Below are positions 38,976 through 49,142 of a DNA stretch of 64,000 nt, piece after piece. A program made the translations under genes and the position numbers. Under the pieces are notes generated by a model. It was not told where the DNA came from. It searched no databases and saw nothing but the letters and a program-made list of their open reading frames with translations. Origin of the DNA: Candidatus Bathyarchaeota archaeon (GTDB lineage Archaea > Thermoproteota > Bathyarchaeia > TCS64); NCBI GenBank assembly GCA_963769425.1, contig CAVYLP010000006.1:160001-224000 (forward strand), given 5' to 3'. Numbering within the stretch: the first letter of the stretch is position 1; each line of letters starts with the position of its first letter.

Positions 38976-39923
38976 TTAGGCGGAGACTATATGCGTCCCC
39001 GTCTTATCCTCGAGTGCGTCAACTGCCTTCGCGAGGCTCGTGATTATGGCACGTTCACCACCCCTCTCGACGAAGCCGAGGGCAGCCTCCACTTTGGGGC
39101 CCATGCTACCAGCCCCGAAGTGCCCCTCAGAGAGGCGCTTCTTAGCCTCGGGGACGGTCATCCTACGGATTGGGGCCTGCGTCGGTTTACCGTAGTTCAT
39201 CATTGCGTACTCGACGTCTGTGAGTATGAGGAGGATGTCTGATCCCACTTCCTCAGCGAGCTTTGCACCCGCCCTATCCTTGTCGATTACGGCATCTACG
39301 CCCTCGAGCTTGCCTAACTTGTTTCTGTAGACAGGTATGCCGCCACCCCCTGAAGCTATTACGATCATCCCTGCCTCCACCATCGTCCTGATGGCTTTAG
39401 CCTCGGCGATTCCAAGGGGGGTTGGTGACGGGACGACTCGCCTCCAGGTCTTGTCTCCTGTTGGTCTCACCTTCTTGACTACCCATCCACGCTCCGTAGA
39501 TAGTTTCTTAGCGATCTCTTCTGTGTAGAAGGGGCCGACAGGCTTTGTAGGGTCCTTAAAGTCTGGATCCTCGGGACTTACAAGCACCTGCGTGACTATG
39601 GTTGCTACCTGCTTGCCGTCACCGTCTAGTATGTTGTGGAGGGTCTGCTGCATCATGTAGCCTATCTGACCCTGCGTCATGGCGCCTAGGACGACTAATG
39701 GTTGGGATGGCACCTGATCAGAGGCCGCTTCCTGCTGGATGGCGAGGTTCCCCACCTGTGGTCCGTTGCCGTGTGTAATGACGAGGTCGTAGCCATGCCT
39801 CACAAGCTGCGCGATCTGTCTACAGGCGGTCTCGACGTTCTTCATCTGTTCCTCGAAGGTTCCCTTCTCGTCGGGTTGCTTGATTGCGTTCCCGCCGAGG
39901 GCGACTAAGACACGCTTTCCCAT
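38976..39923 (-). CDS. arcC: carbamate kinase
   Basis: ALGGNA, THGNGPQVG, PTKPVGPFY, RRVVPSP, GGGGIPV, VIDKD, GSMGPK. Confidence 0.95.
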   Translation of the reverse strand: MGKRVLVALGGNAIKQPDEKGTFEEQMKNVETACRQIAQLVRHGYDLVITHGNGPQVGNLAIQQEAASDQVPSQPLVVLGAMTQGQIGYMMQQTLHNILDGDGKQVATIVTQVLVSPEDPDFKDPTKPVGPFYTEEIAKKLSTERGWVVKKVRPTGDKTWRRVVPSPTPLGIAEAKAIRTMVEAGMIVIASGGGGIPVYRNKLGKLEGVDAVIDKDRAGAKLAEEVGSDILLILTDVEYAMMNYGKPTQAPIRRMTVPEAKKRLSEGHFGAGSMGPKVEAALGFVERGGERAIITSLAKAVDALEDKTGTHIVSA

Positions 39924-40068
39924 AGTTACGCTTCCTTGGAAGGAATAAGCGTTAAACGAAGGTCGTTAAAAACAGTTGCCCTAAATGGGACAGAAAATGG
40001 TTCTATGAGATGTGGATGGAGCTACTTTATCCCCACTCTCAATCGGACTTCGTTTGGTACTTGACCGA

Positions 40069-40740
40069 TTACACCAGTTGAATTAAGGATATTGCTTTCG
40101 TCGGGCAGGTGCTTACGCAGAGTCCGCATCCAAAGCATAGATCCTTGTCGTACTCAAGTTTCCCGTTGACCACTTTTCGGGCCCCGAAGTGGCAACGGTC
40201 TTCACATTTTCCACAGGATATGCACTTCGATTCATCAGTGATTGTCGTAGCTATTGACTTGAGGATGTGGGGTGCCATGCCGAATCGTAGTGTCGCGCCG
40301 AGGATGCTGCAGCAACAGGAGCAGCAGTTACAAATATAGTTCACGCCCTCAGGCTTCGGGGTATCTGTGCGAATGTACGCCATAGGGACGAGCCCAGCCT
40401 CATGTGCTCTCGTGACCGCGTCGAGTGCCTCCTCGATGGTTACCTCCCTCGATGTTCCGCGGGCGATTCCCTTCTCCGCCGCGTCGTTCAGCTGCACACA
40501 GACATCCAGGGGCGCGTCACAGTGGTGTTTTGCTGAACGGCATGGGCAGTTCTGAATGGCAATCTTATGAGCTTTCTCCAGGTATCGCTTGACGCTTTCG
40601 AGGTTCAGCACCGTGTTGTTTAGCTTGATCTCCTCGTAGACTGGCAATGCAATGCCTGCTGCAGTTGCCTTCACGTTGTTGTTCGCCCATCCGGGCTCCC
40701 AGTCGTCCTCGAACCTGTATCCTGGTTGTTTATGCGCCAT
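40069..40740 (-). CDS. 4Fe-4S dicluster-binding protein
   Basis: CPCR, ICNCCSCCC, two CxxCxxCxxxC motifs. Confidence 0.9.
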   Translation of the reverse strand: MAHKQPGYRFEDDWEPGWANNNVKATAAGIALPVYEEIKLNNTVLNLESVKRYLEKAHKIAIQNCPCRSAKHHCDAPLDVCVQLNDAAEKGIARGTSREVTIEEALDAVTRAHEAGLVPMAYIRTDTPKPEGVNYICNCCSCCCSILGATLRFGMAPHILKSIATTITDESKCISCGKCEDRCHFGARKVVNGKLEYDKDLCFGCGLCVSTCPTKAISLIQLV

Positions 40741-40753
40741 TTTTCGTTTTCCC

Positions 40754-40779
40754 TTTATTTGATACGTGTGTCACATAAA
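40754..40779. promoter_or_regulatory. imperfect 12-2-12 inverted repeat in the divergent promoter
   Basis: TTTATTTGATAC-GT-GTGTCACATAAA, arms match at 10 of 12 positions. Confidence 0.45.
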
Positions 40780-40823
40780 TAATCTCATAAAGGAATATAA
40801 CCAAGAGGGTTATTTTCATAACT

Positions 40824-41591
40824 ATGAGATTGGACGGGGAGATCGATGAACTTCGTAAGGAGCTGGGTAAGTTCCGGACAGAGACGAGGCAACATCTCGA
40901 AGCCATCGAGGGAGAAGTGACCAAACAGGTCAGCCTAAACTACAACCACACAATAACAGACTACCTTGTAGACGTATCCTCGGATGCGGTACGTAATCTC
41001 AAGTGCGACAGAGGGTTGGAGGAGTCGGAGTGCAAGGCAATGCTCACGCAGCATCAGCAACGCTTCACTACTCTACTAAAGACGGGTAGATTCGACGACT
41101 CTTACACAGAGCTCAAACAGGTGCAGGAGAAGATGCGCCAATTTAAGGCGATGATGAAGGAGCAGGGCAGAGAAGGCTGCATTAATTGTATCCAGAACGA
41201 ACTCGATGTGCTCGCCTCAAGCGAGAGGCTTCTAACCCAGCTTCGCTCGATAGACTCACCCGCCGTAACTCTAGAGCAGGGAAGGACCACGGTGGATAGT
41301 TTAGACCCTGTTAGAGCTGCAGAGCAGCTTCTCGATCCATTGAGTAACAAGACACGGCTCATGATCTTGAAGAGTGTATTCAAGGGTGAGAATCGATTCA
41401 CTGACTTCATAAATGTAACTGGTTTAGATGGGGGGCAACTTCTATACCATATTCGAAAGCTGGTGAATTCGGGGCATCTCAAACAGTTTGAGTCCAAGGA
41501 CTATGTTTTGACGAGGATGGGGATGCGCTCTATGATGCTCGTAGCACAACTCAATCAGGAGCTTTCAGACTCGGACCAATACATAAGCTAG
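40824..41591 (+). CDS. ArsR-like winged-helix regulator with Cys-containing N-terminal domain
   Basis: C-terminal PLSNKTRL.IL, GGQLLYH...L, Y.LT..G; CxxC in the N-domain. Confidence 0.8.
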   Translation: MRLDGEIDELRKELGKFRTETRQHLEAIEGEVTKQVSLNYNHTITDYLVDVSSDAVRNLKCDRGLEESECKAMLTQHQQRFTTLLKTGRFDDSYTELKQVQEKMRQFKAMMKEQGREGCINCIQNELDVLASSERLLTQLRSIDSPAVTLEQGRTTVDSLDPVRAAEQLLDPLSNKTRLMILKSVFKGENRFTDFINVTGLDGGQLLYHIRKLVNSGHLKQFESKDYVLTRMGMRSMMLVAQLNQELSDSDQYIS

Positions 41592-41719
41592 ATAGAGCAA
41601 GCTAAGCGAGACCAAGGGTTATATCAGGGGATACTTTTAATATAAAATACCCCAAAATGGGGCTGAAAATGGTTTTTATAAAACGTAGAGGAGTTATTTT
41701 ATCTCCGCGCGCGCTGTGC

Positions 41720-43564
41720 TTACTTGTTGTCGGTTGTTGCCTCGACACCTTTCTCTTCTTTGAATTGCATCTTGTAGAATGAGCTGTAAAGTCCATTAAG
41801 CTTCATCAGTTCGAAGTGTGATCCCTTCTCGACGATTCTCCCCTGATCTATGACCAGGATCTCGTCACAGAGCCTAATCGTTGAAAGTCTATGAGCTATT
41901 ATTATCGCCATTCTGTTTTCAAGGAGTTTCTTCAACGCGTTTTGTAGCACGAGTTCGGTGTAGGGGTCTATGCTTGAGGTGGCCTCGTCTAGGATCAGTA
42001 GCTTTGGGTTCAGCAGAAGTGTTCTTGCGAAGCTTATCAGTTGTCTCTGTCCTATCGAAATGTTTGATGAGCCTTCCTCTATGATGTAGTCGTATCCTCC
42101 GGGTAGTTTCATTATGAAATCATGTGCACCGACGGTTTTGGCTGCCTCGATAACTGCCTCGTCGGATGCGTCGGGTTTTCCGAATCTAATGTTATCTCTT
42201 ACGCTGATGGCAAATAGGAAGGAGTCCTGGAGAACAGTGCTCATGTTTCCTCGAAGAGATGCGATCGTAATATCCTTGATGTCGTGTCCGTTTACTAGTA
42301 TTCTCCCGCTTATGGGGTCGTAGAACCTCTCAAGGAGATTTATTATTGTGCTCTTACCAGCGCCTGTAGGCCCGACTATGGCGAGCTTCTTTGAACCTTC
42401 TAGATCCAGGTTTACGTCGTGTATGACTGGATTTTGTGGGTCGTAACCGAATGTGATGTCCTCAAATTTCACTTCATTTATTGTATCAATCTTTATGGCT
42501 TTGTCTGGCGAGGGATCATCTACATCAACTTTAGTGTCTACTAAGTCGAAGATTCTTTCTAATGCGGACATGCATGATTGGTATTGGTCATAAGCGGTTA
42601 GGAACGTGGTGAGTGGTCCAAAATAGTTGAACTGATACTCTAGGAACGCTGCGAGTATTCCTAGGTTGATCTGGCCGTTTATAACGAGAATTGTGCCATA
42701 CCATAGTATTAGTACTGTTCCAACAATCCTCATAGTCAGTATGAGTGGTGTGTATATTGTTGATAGGAGGATGGTGCGTTTGTATGATTGAACAGTTTTT
42801 TCATTAACAACATCAAATTCTTGTTCAGCCTTATCTTCTTTTACGAATGCTTTTACGATCTTCATTCCTGCGAAGTTCTCTTGCATCTTGGCTATCAGGC
42901 CTGCAAGATTTGTGAGAGTCTTTCTATACTGTTTTCTTGATAGTCCTCCCATGACCCATGTCATGATTACTGCTATTGGAAGGATCGAGACTGCTAGTAA
43001 TGCAAGTTGCCAGTTTAGGAAGAATATTATTACCAATGCGCCTGCAATTGAGGCCGCATCGAGAATCATCGCTGTTAATCCCATTCTTAAGAATATTCTG
43101 ACCTGGTTTGCGTCTGTTGTCGGCCTCGACATTATACGCCCTATCTCTCCTTCTGAGAAGTACTTGAGCGATATTTTCTGTAATTTAACGGTACACTGGT
43201 TTCTAAGATTCATTACGACGTGTTCGCCGACGATTCTCATCTGATATGTCTGAATGTACTGGAAGACGTAGGTGGCTATTGTTACCCCGATGAATAGGGG
43301 GACCCACCAGATGAACGCTGAGATATATGAGCTATCGCGATTCTGTATTGTTGGAGTTATTATATTGTTTATAGCGATTAGGTGGAGGTATGGTGTGACA
43401 AGCCCCGTAAATGCACCTCCGGCGATGGCGATTGTGCCGAGAATCAAGTTCTTCTTGTAAACTACTATGTAATCCCAGAGTCTACCGATTAGTACTCCGT
43501 CAGCGACTTTTCTCTTCCCTCTCTCCTCCACTTTTGTTGAGAAGGTATTATGTTCATCAGACAA
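41720..43564 (-). CDS. ABC exporter half-transporter (TMD+NBD), subunit B
   Basis: GPTGAGKS, ISIGQRQ, ILDEATS, AHRLST; TTG start right after the partner's stop. Confidence 0.92.
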   Translation of the reverse strand: MSDEHNTFSTKVEERGKRKVADGVLIGRLWDYIVVYKKNLILGTIAIAGGAFTGLVTPYLHLIAINNIITPTIQNRDSSYISAFIWWVPLFIGVTIATYVFQYIQTYQMRIVGEHVVMNLRNQCTVKLQKISLKYFSEGEIGRIMSRPTTDANQVRIFLRMGLTAMILDAASIAGALVIIFFLNWQLALLAVSILPIAVIMTWVMGGLSRKQYRKTLTNLAGLIAKMQENFAGMKIVKAFVKEDKAEQEFDVVNEKTVQSYKRTILLSTIYTPLILTMRIVGTVLILWYGTILVINGQINLGILAAFLEYQFNYFGPLTTFLTAYDQYQSCMSALERIFDLVDTKVDVDDPSPDKAIKIDTINEVKFEDITFGYDPQNPVIHDVNLDLEGSKKLAIVGPTGAGKSTIINLLERFYDPISGRILVNGHDIKDITIASLRGNMSTVLQDSFLFAISVRDNIRFGKPDASDEAVIEAAKTVGAHDFIMKLPGGYDYIIEEGSSNISIGQRQLISFARTLLLNPKLLILDEATSSIDPYTELVLQNALKKLLENRMAIIIAHRLSTIRLCDEILVIDQGRIVEKGSHFELMKLNGLYSSFYKMQFKEEKGVEATTDNK

Positions 43565-43565
43565 T

Positions 43566-45410
43566 TTATTGATCGACCTCCAGTATCTCTTCGGGGGTCT
43601 TCTCAAGGAACTGTGTCTCGTATATTTTCTTGTATACCCTTCCCTTAGCCATTAGTTCATTGTGTGTTCCGAACTCGATGATTTCGCCATCATCAAGAAC
43701 CATTATTCTATCGGCATTCTTTATTGTTGAGAGCCTCTGGGCGATTATGAAGCATGTTCTACCCTTCAAAGCTTCATCAATTGCATCTTGTATTGCCTGT
43801 TCAGTCTTTGCGTCCACGAATGAGAGAGAGTCGTCTAGGATCAGGATCTTGGGGTTCGTTAACAGAGCCCTTGCGATGGTAAGCCTTTGTTTCTGGCCTC
43901 CTGAAAGGGTGACACCTCTCTCACCAACAAGTGTATCGTATCCCTCTGGGAGTGTCTCAATGAAGTCATCTATCTTGGCCATTTTTGCAACGGCTTTGAT
44001 CTCATCAATAGATGCGTCGTCTCTTCCAAATGCGATATTACTTTTTATTGTGCCCGAGAACAGGAATACGTCTTGAAGGACTAGCCCTACCTGTTTTCTG
44101 AGGAATGAGACCTTAAAATCCCTGATGTCTGTTCCATCTATTGATATGTTCCCTGAGTTGATGTCATAGAATCGGGGGATTAGATATACCAGAGATGTTT
44201 TTCCTGTTCCAGTTGCTCCGAGAATGGCTATTTTTTCCCCAGGATTAGCTATGAAACTGATGTTTTTTAGTATAGGTCTGTCCTTGACATATCCAAAAGT
44301 CACATCTTTGAATTCAACTTCTCCCTTTTCTATTTTGACATCTCTTGCATCTGGTCTGTTTATTACATCTCCGGGCAGATCGATTATATCGAAGAGTCTT
44401 TCGGATGCAGCTGTTGCGTTACTGAGACCTCCTATGAAGAAATGACTAAAATCACGAATGGGCCCAGTCGATCTCAAGACATACCTCGCATAGATCAGTA
44501 TCAACCCAAGTGACAATCCTAATGATAATATCATGTCTGTCCCGTAGACGTAGACTAATGTGATGCTCAGCGTTAGTATGGCAGTTGCAGAAGGCATGTA
44601 TATTGCTTGGATCTTCCCTGCTCTGATTGCGATGTCAACGTATTTTTCGTTAATATCTCTATCACCCACCTGCATTTCGTCTTCTCGTTGAAATATTCGG
44701 ATATTTTTCATTCCCACGATGTTCTGTTGCACATAAGAGCCGATTCGTCCTAAGATTAGCTGCATCTTCCTGAAGAGTGGCATCGTCAGCATGAAGTTCT
44801 TGGACTGGAAATAGAAAATGAAGGGAAGGGGTAACATCGCTATTACCGCCATGACCGGGTTTAACGTATAACATACCCAAAATATGAAAATCAATGTGAA
44901 AACAAGATTAGTTAATGTGCTAACCCATATTCTGAGGAAGCCGTCTACAAACATCAGTTCCTGTGTTGGCCTTGAGGTAAGGTCTCCTACAGGATTTGTG
45001 TCAAAAAAAGTAAAGGATTTTTCTTGACATGATTTGTAGTATTCCTTTCTTATATTTCCCATAACCATCTGCGAGACTATACCATTTAGGTATATTATTA
45101 CCCAATTGACTACAGCGAAACCTACTACCGCCACAAATATGTAAAGGAGTAAAGTTGAAAGAAGAGCAATATTACTAGTTGTCGGAGGGTTGCTTCCAAT
45201 AACGTAATCTATGAGTTGAGAGGTATACAGAGGCTCAAGAAGAAATAAGAATGATCTTAAGATAGCTAGCGTAGAAATGAAGACAATAATTGGGGTATAG
45301 GGTTTATGATATACCATAAGTCTCCTAAAAGCCTTTATTTGAGTAGAGAGGGCTTTTCGATTCTCCTCAATGGAATCGATATATCCAAGAATTGGTTTGG
45401 CAACAGCCAT
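43566..45410 (-). CDS. ABC exporter half-transporter (TMD+NBD), subunit A with degenerate Walker B
   Basis: GATGTGKT, LSGGQKQ, ILDDS, AQRLS (TM287/288-like heterodimer). Confidence 0.92.
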   Translation of the reverse strand: MAVAKPILGYIDSIEENRKALSTQIKAFRRLMVYHKPYTPIIVFISTLAILRSFLFLLEPLYTSQLIDYVIGSNPPTTSNIALLSTLLLYIFVAVVGFAVVNWVIIYLNGIVSQMVMGNIRKEYYKSCQEKSFTFFDTNPVGDLTSRPTQELMFVDGFLRIWVSTLTNLVFTLIFIFWVCYTLNPVMAVIAMLPLPFIFYFQSKNFMLTMPLFRKMQLILGRIGSYVQQNIVGMKNIRIFQREDEMQVGDRDINEKYVDIAIRAGKIQAIYMPSATAILTLSITLVYVYGTDMILSLGLSLGLILIYARYVLRSTGPIRDFSHFFIGGLSNATAASERLFDIIDLPGDVINRPDARDVKIEKGEVEFKDVTFGYVKDRPILKNISFIANPGEKIAILGATGTGKTSLVYLIPRFYDINSGNISIDGTDIRDFKVSFLRKQVGLVLQDVFLFSGTIKSNIAFGRDDASIDEIKAVAKMAKIDDFIETLPEGYDTLVGERGVTLSGGQKQRLTIARALLTNPKILILDDSLSFVDAKTEQAIQDAIDEALKGRTCFIIAQRLSTIKNADRIMVLDDGEIIEFGTHNELMAKGRVYKKIYETQFLEKTPEEILEVDQ

Positions 45411-45767
45411 TTTCAGGACTTCGTTAAACAATAATCGATTAGTAAATACTTATACGCTTATCGCTGGGTTAAACTGTCTGGATAAAAATTGGACAAATGT
45501 TTGCCTGTATTTTTTAATTTGACAGGTAATACGCACGTAAACTTGAAATATGATGGGTTGAATAACAGGTTGAATCAACTGGTGGTTTACCTGTCAAAAA
45601 GAATTGAGGCCTTTCTATATTATGGTCTAAGCGCGGTTGTAGTGATCGTCATCGTTATCCTCATACGCTCCATCAATATTGCAGCATAAATACATTCAAC
45701 GATTGCAAGTTTTTTAACTCAAATTGTAAGCATAAGTTTATTAAAATTGAAAAATAATTAAAAAGTA

Positions 45768-46352
45768 ATGGAGTCTTCTTCTAGATTTTCGATTTTTGTC
45801 ATCATATTGTCCCTCAGCTCTATCTTAGGATTCGCTGAAGGTTTTTTTATATGTTACGTCTTCACATTAAATGCATATTATTTGTCGGCCACACTTGGAT
45901 TCAGCCTTCTATTAATTGGTAGCTTGTTTTGGTTTTACTTTTATTTCATGAAGGTCGAACCATATTCCTCGAATACTAGTGCACCCCTTACCCAGATGCC
46001 TGTTACACGAGACTTTGTTAATCCTACCTACCGTAGAGTTCCGATTGATATCCTGGAGGCTCAGGAGGGTAGAGAACACCTCGTAGACATCGTAGAAAAT
46101 AATAAAACTATTCATATTATCGCTGAGCTTCCAATCGTTGGCATGAGTTATGTTAACTTCAACTGTTTAGGTAGGATGCTCATCCTCTCTTTCGACGTTG
46201 GAAACAATAGGTACTATAAAGATATCGAACTTCCATCTATGGTCAATTCCAATAGTGGTAAAGTTAAATTAAATAACTGGATCGTTGAATTAGATTTAAC
46301 AAAGATTAAAATGGAGAATTTGGAAGAAGATCAGTTAAAGCAAGAGTTTTGA
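45768..46352 (+). CDS. two-TM protein with C-terminal Hsp20/alpha-crystallin-like domain
   Basis: VDIVE...IIAELP, YYKDIELP, NNWIVELDL. Confidence 0.65.
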   Translation: MESSSRFSIFVIILSLSSILGFAEGFFICYVFTLNAYYLSATLGFSLLLIGSLFWFYFYFMKVEPYSSNTSAPLTQMPVTRDFVNPTYRRVPIDILEAQEGREHLVDIVENNKTIHIIAELPIVGMSYVNFNCLGRMLILSFDVGNNRYYKDIELPSMVNSNSGKVKLNNWIVELDLTKIKMENLEEDQLKQEF

Positions 46353-46556
46353 CTAATTAAGTAATCACCTACTCGAAGAAATCCAAGGTTTGGTCAACCA
46401 TTTTTTTTGAGCAAGTTTAATAGAAAACTGTGAATTATCTAGGCTTCCTTAAGTTTCCTTATCAAATCACTCATGGAGTATTAATCGTATTGTAAGGGAT
46501 GAGGTTAAAGCTAGACGAAAATGACTGAGAAGGGTATAAGTGAAGTAACCTAATAC

Positions 46557-46865
46557 TCACTTAATTTCCATTTCTATATAGACTTCGTTAGGTACCCTAA
46601 TTCTCATGATGCTGCGCATCACGCGATCGCGCGCATCGATTTCTATGAGTCTCTTGTGTACCCGCATCTCGTACTTGTCCCACGTCTTGCTGCCGTCGCC
46701 GCACGGCGTCCTCCGGGTGGGGACCACGAGCTTCTTCGTTGGCAGTGGTATGGGTCCTACAAGTTTGACGCCTATCTTCTGGGCGATGTCCCTGATCTCG
46801 TCGCAGACACCCTCAAGCTTCTCGGTGTCGGTGCTTGTGAGCTTAATACGTGCGCGCCGCGCCAT
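46557..46865 (-). CDS. rps10: 30S ribosomal protein uS10
   Basis: ARIKL.S, GPIPLPTK, RRTPCGDGS.TWD.YEMRVHKR. Confidence 0.98.
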   Translation of the reverse strand: MARRARIKLTSTDTEKLEGVCDEIRDIAQKIGVKLVGPIPLPTKKLVVPTRRTPCGDGSKTWDKYEMRVHKRLIEIDARDRVMRSIMRIRVPNEVYIEMEIK

Positions 46866-46931
46866 ACCTGTTCCCCGTCTTGTCAGATTACTGAGAACTT
46901 AAATGTATCGAAAAAGGGTGGGTGAGGGCGT

Positions 46932-48227
46932 TTATTCCTCGACTTCGAGGACGATGCCCGCGCCGATGGTCGTGCCCATGTCTCGCAGGGCGAACCTGCC
47001 GAGCTGTGGGAAGTCCTTGAATGCCTCGATGGCGATGGGCTGGAGGGGTACGAACTTTACGATTGCGGCCTCTCCTGTCCTGAGGTATGTGGGGTTCTGC
47101 TCCACGACCTGTCCCGTCCTGGGGTCGAGCTTGGCCTCGATGGCCTCGAACTTGACCGCGATCTGGGCGGTGTGTATGTGCAGCACCGGGGTGTAGCCTG
47201 GGCCGACTGCTGTGGGGTGGTGGATTATGAAGATCCTGCCCTTGAAGGCCTTCGCGACCTTGCAGGGGGTGTTCAGGTGGCTGGCGACCTCGCCGCGTTT
47301 TATCTTTTCGCGGTCGACGCCTTTGACGTTGAAGCCGATGTTGTCACCGGGGACTGCCTGCTCTAGGCGTGTGTAGTGGGTCTCGATGCTGTTGACTTTG
47401 CCCTTCTCGCCGCTCGGCATGAAGACGATGTCGTCGTTCACCTTGAGTACGCCAGTCTCGACTTTGCCAACTGGGGTAGTGCCCACACCACGGATGGTGT
47501 AGATCTCCTGAACAGGGATCCTTAGGGGCTTGTCAGTAGGCTTGGGGGGCATCGTGAAGGTGTCGAGTGCCTCGAGGAGCGTTGGGCCCTTGTACCAGGG
47601 CATGTTCGCGCTCTTCTTGACGAGGTTGTCGCCTCCCCAGCCGCTTGTGGGGACGAAGTTGACCTTGCTCGTATCGTAGCCGACTAGTTTGAGGAGGGTT
47701 GTGATGCCATCCTTGACTTCCTGGTAGCGCTGCTCGCTCCAAGCGACGGTCGGGTCGTCCATCTTGTTTATTGCGACGACGATCTGCCTAACTCCTAGGG
47801 TATAGGCGAGGAAGGCGTGCTCACGAGTCTGGCCTCCGGGGTTTGTCCCTGACTCATACTCGCCTTTCTTGGCGGAGATGAGGAGGATCGCGCCGTCTGC
47901 CTGGCTTGCACCGGTGACCATGTTCTTGACGAAGTCGCGGTGGCCGGGGCTGTCGATGACGGTGAAGAAGTTCTTCGCCGTCTCTAGCTTGTAGAAGGCG
48001 AGGTCGATGGTGATACCACGTTCGCGCTCCTCCTTGAGCCTGTCGAGGAGCCATGCGTACTTGAAGGACTCCTTGCCCATGGCTTTGGACTCTGCTTCCA
48101 TATCCTTCGCATATTTTTCGTCAATGGCGCCGGCGTCATAGAATAGGTGGCCAATGCTCGTGCTCTTACCGTGATCAACGTGTCCGATGATGATCAGGTT
48201 AATGTGTGGCTTCTCTTTACCGCTCAT
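46932..48227 (-). CDS. tuf: elongation factor 1-alpha
   Basis: GHVDHGKST, ERERGITID, PGHRDF, NKMD, LGRFALRDMG. Confidence 0.99.
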   Translation of the reverse strand: MSGKEKPHINLIIIGHVDHGKSTSIGHLFYDAGAIDEKYAKDMEAESKAMGKESFKYAWLLDRLKEERERGITIDLAFYKLETAKNFFTVIDSPGHRDFVKNMVTGASQADGAILLISAKKGEYESGTNPGGQTREHAFLAYTLGVRQIVVAINKMDDPTVAWSEQRYQEVKDGITTLLKLVGYDTSKVNFVPTSGWGGDNLVKKSANMPWYKGPTLLEALDTFTMPPKPTDKPLRIPVQEIYTIRGVGTTPVGKVETGVLKVNDDIVFMPSGEKGKVNSIETHYTRLEQAVPGDNIGFNVKGVDREKIKRGEVASHLNTPCKVAKAFKGRIFIIHHPTAVGPGYTPVLHIHTAQIAVKFEAIEAKLDPRTGQVVEQNPTYLRTGEAAIVKFVPLQPIAIEAFKDFPQLGRFALRDMGTTIGAGIVLEVEE

Positions 48228-48674
48228 TTCTCTAATCTCCTACTCAATCCGAACTGGATGGTGGATAAAAAGGTTCGGTTCACATCTATAAACCATACTA
48301 ATTAGTCCTCGTGGCAACCTCTAATTCTGGGTAAACATCGGCAACAAGAAAATTACATAGATATAACCCTCGAAAAAAGAGCACCTTTCTTAGACGTCAT
48401 AAGAACATATCCAAAGTATCTGAGATCCCCAAAACTAGTTAATCTGCGAATTTTTTTTTCAAATATGACCTGCTACGGTCATAAGGGAGACTTGAAAACA
48501 GCTCCTTTTCACATGACTACTTTGACTAGCTAATTCATTTATCTTGGAATGTTTAATTTAGAATTATTTTAATCAGATTAATCATTGAACCAACTTCTTG
48601 CAACCTGTTTTACACCTAACCAATGAAAATTTCTAATATGCGTAAAGTTTAAACATGTCAGCCGACACCGGAAG

Positions 48675-49115
48675 GTGGAGAATCGCTTGACTAACGGTAT
48701 GTTCTCTGCCCGCAGGCTCAAAAATAACAGGAGGGCTATGCGGTACAAGAGCAAGGACTTCGTCCTCCGAATGAAGCGCCGAACTACGAAGAAGGATCTC
48801 CTCATGGGCGCTCCAATGGGCAGGGGCATCGTACTCCAGAAGGTGGGCGTCGAGTCCAAGCAGCCAAACTCCGCCATCCGCAAGTGCGTTCGCATCCAGA
48901 TCATCAAGAACGGCCGACTCGCCACGGCTTTCCTCCCCGGCGACGGCGCCCTCAACTTCGTCGACGAACACGACGAGGTCACCATCGAGGGCATCCACGG
49001 CCCCCGCAGCCGCAGCATGGGGGACATTCCCGGCGTCCGCTACAAGGTGAGCGCCGTGAACGGTGTCCCACTTAATCTCCTGGTCGTCGGAAAGATCCAG
49101 AAGCCCACCAGGTAA
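48675..49115 (+). CDS. rps12: 30S ribosomal protein uS12
   Basis: [24 protein letters not shown]; true start may be TTG 48687. Confidence 0.98.
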   Translation: MENRLTNGMFSARRLKNNRRAMRYKSKDFVLRMKRRTTKKDLLMGAPMGRGIVLQKVGVESKQPNSAIRKCVRIQIIKNGRLATAFLPGDGALNFVDEHDEVTIEGIHGPRSRSMGDIPGVRYKVSAVNGVPLNLLVVGKIQKPTR

Positions 49116-49142
49116 AGCGGGTAAAGGTTTTCAGCGTCTCAA

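Noticed and set aside
45489-45689. 66-aa ORF in the AT-rich islet
   Set aside because: No recognisable motif and it overlaps the probable divergent promoter region; not supportable as a gene
48230-48670. Long AT-rich spacer between tuf and rps12 as a possible element or ncRNA
   Set aside because: No repeats, ORF or stable structure seen; consistent with divergent promoters
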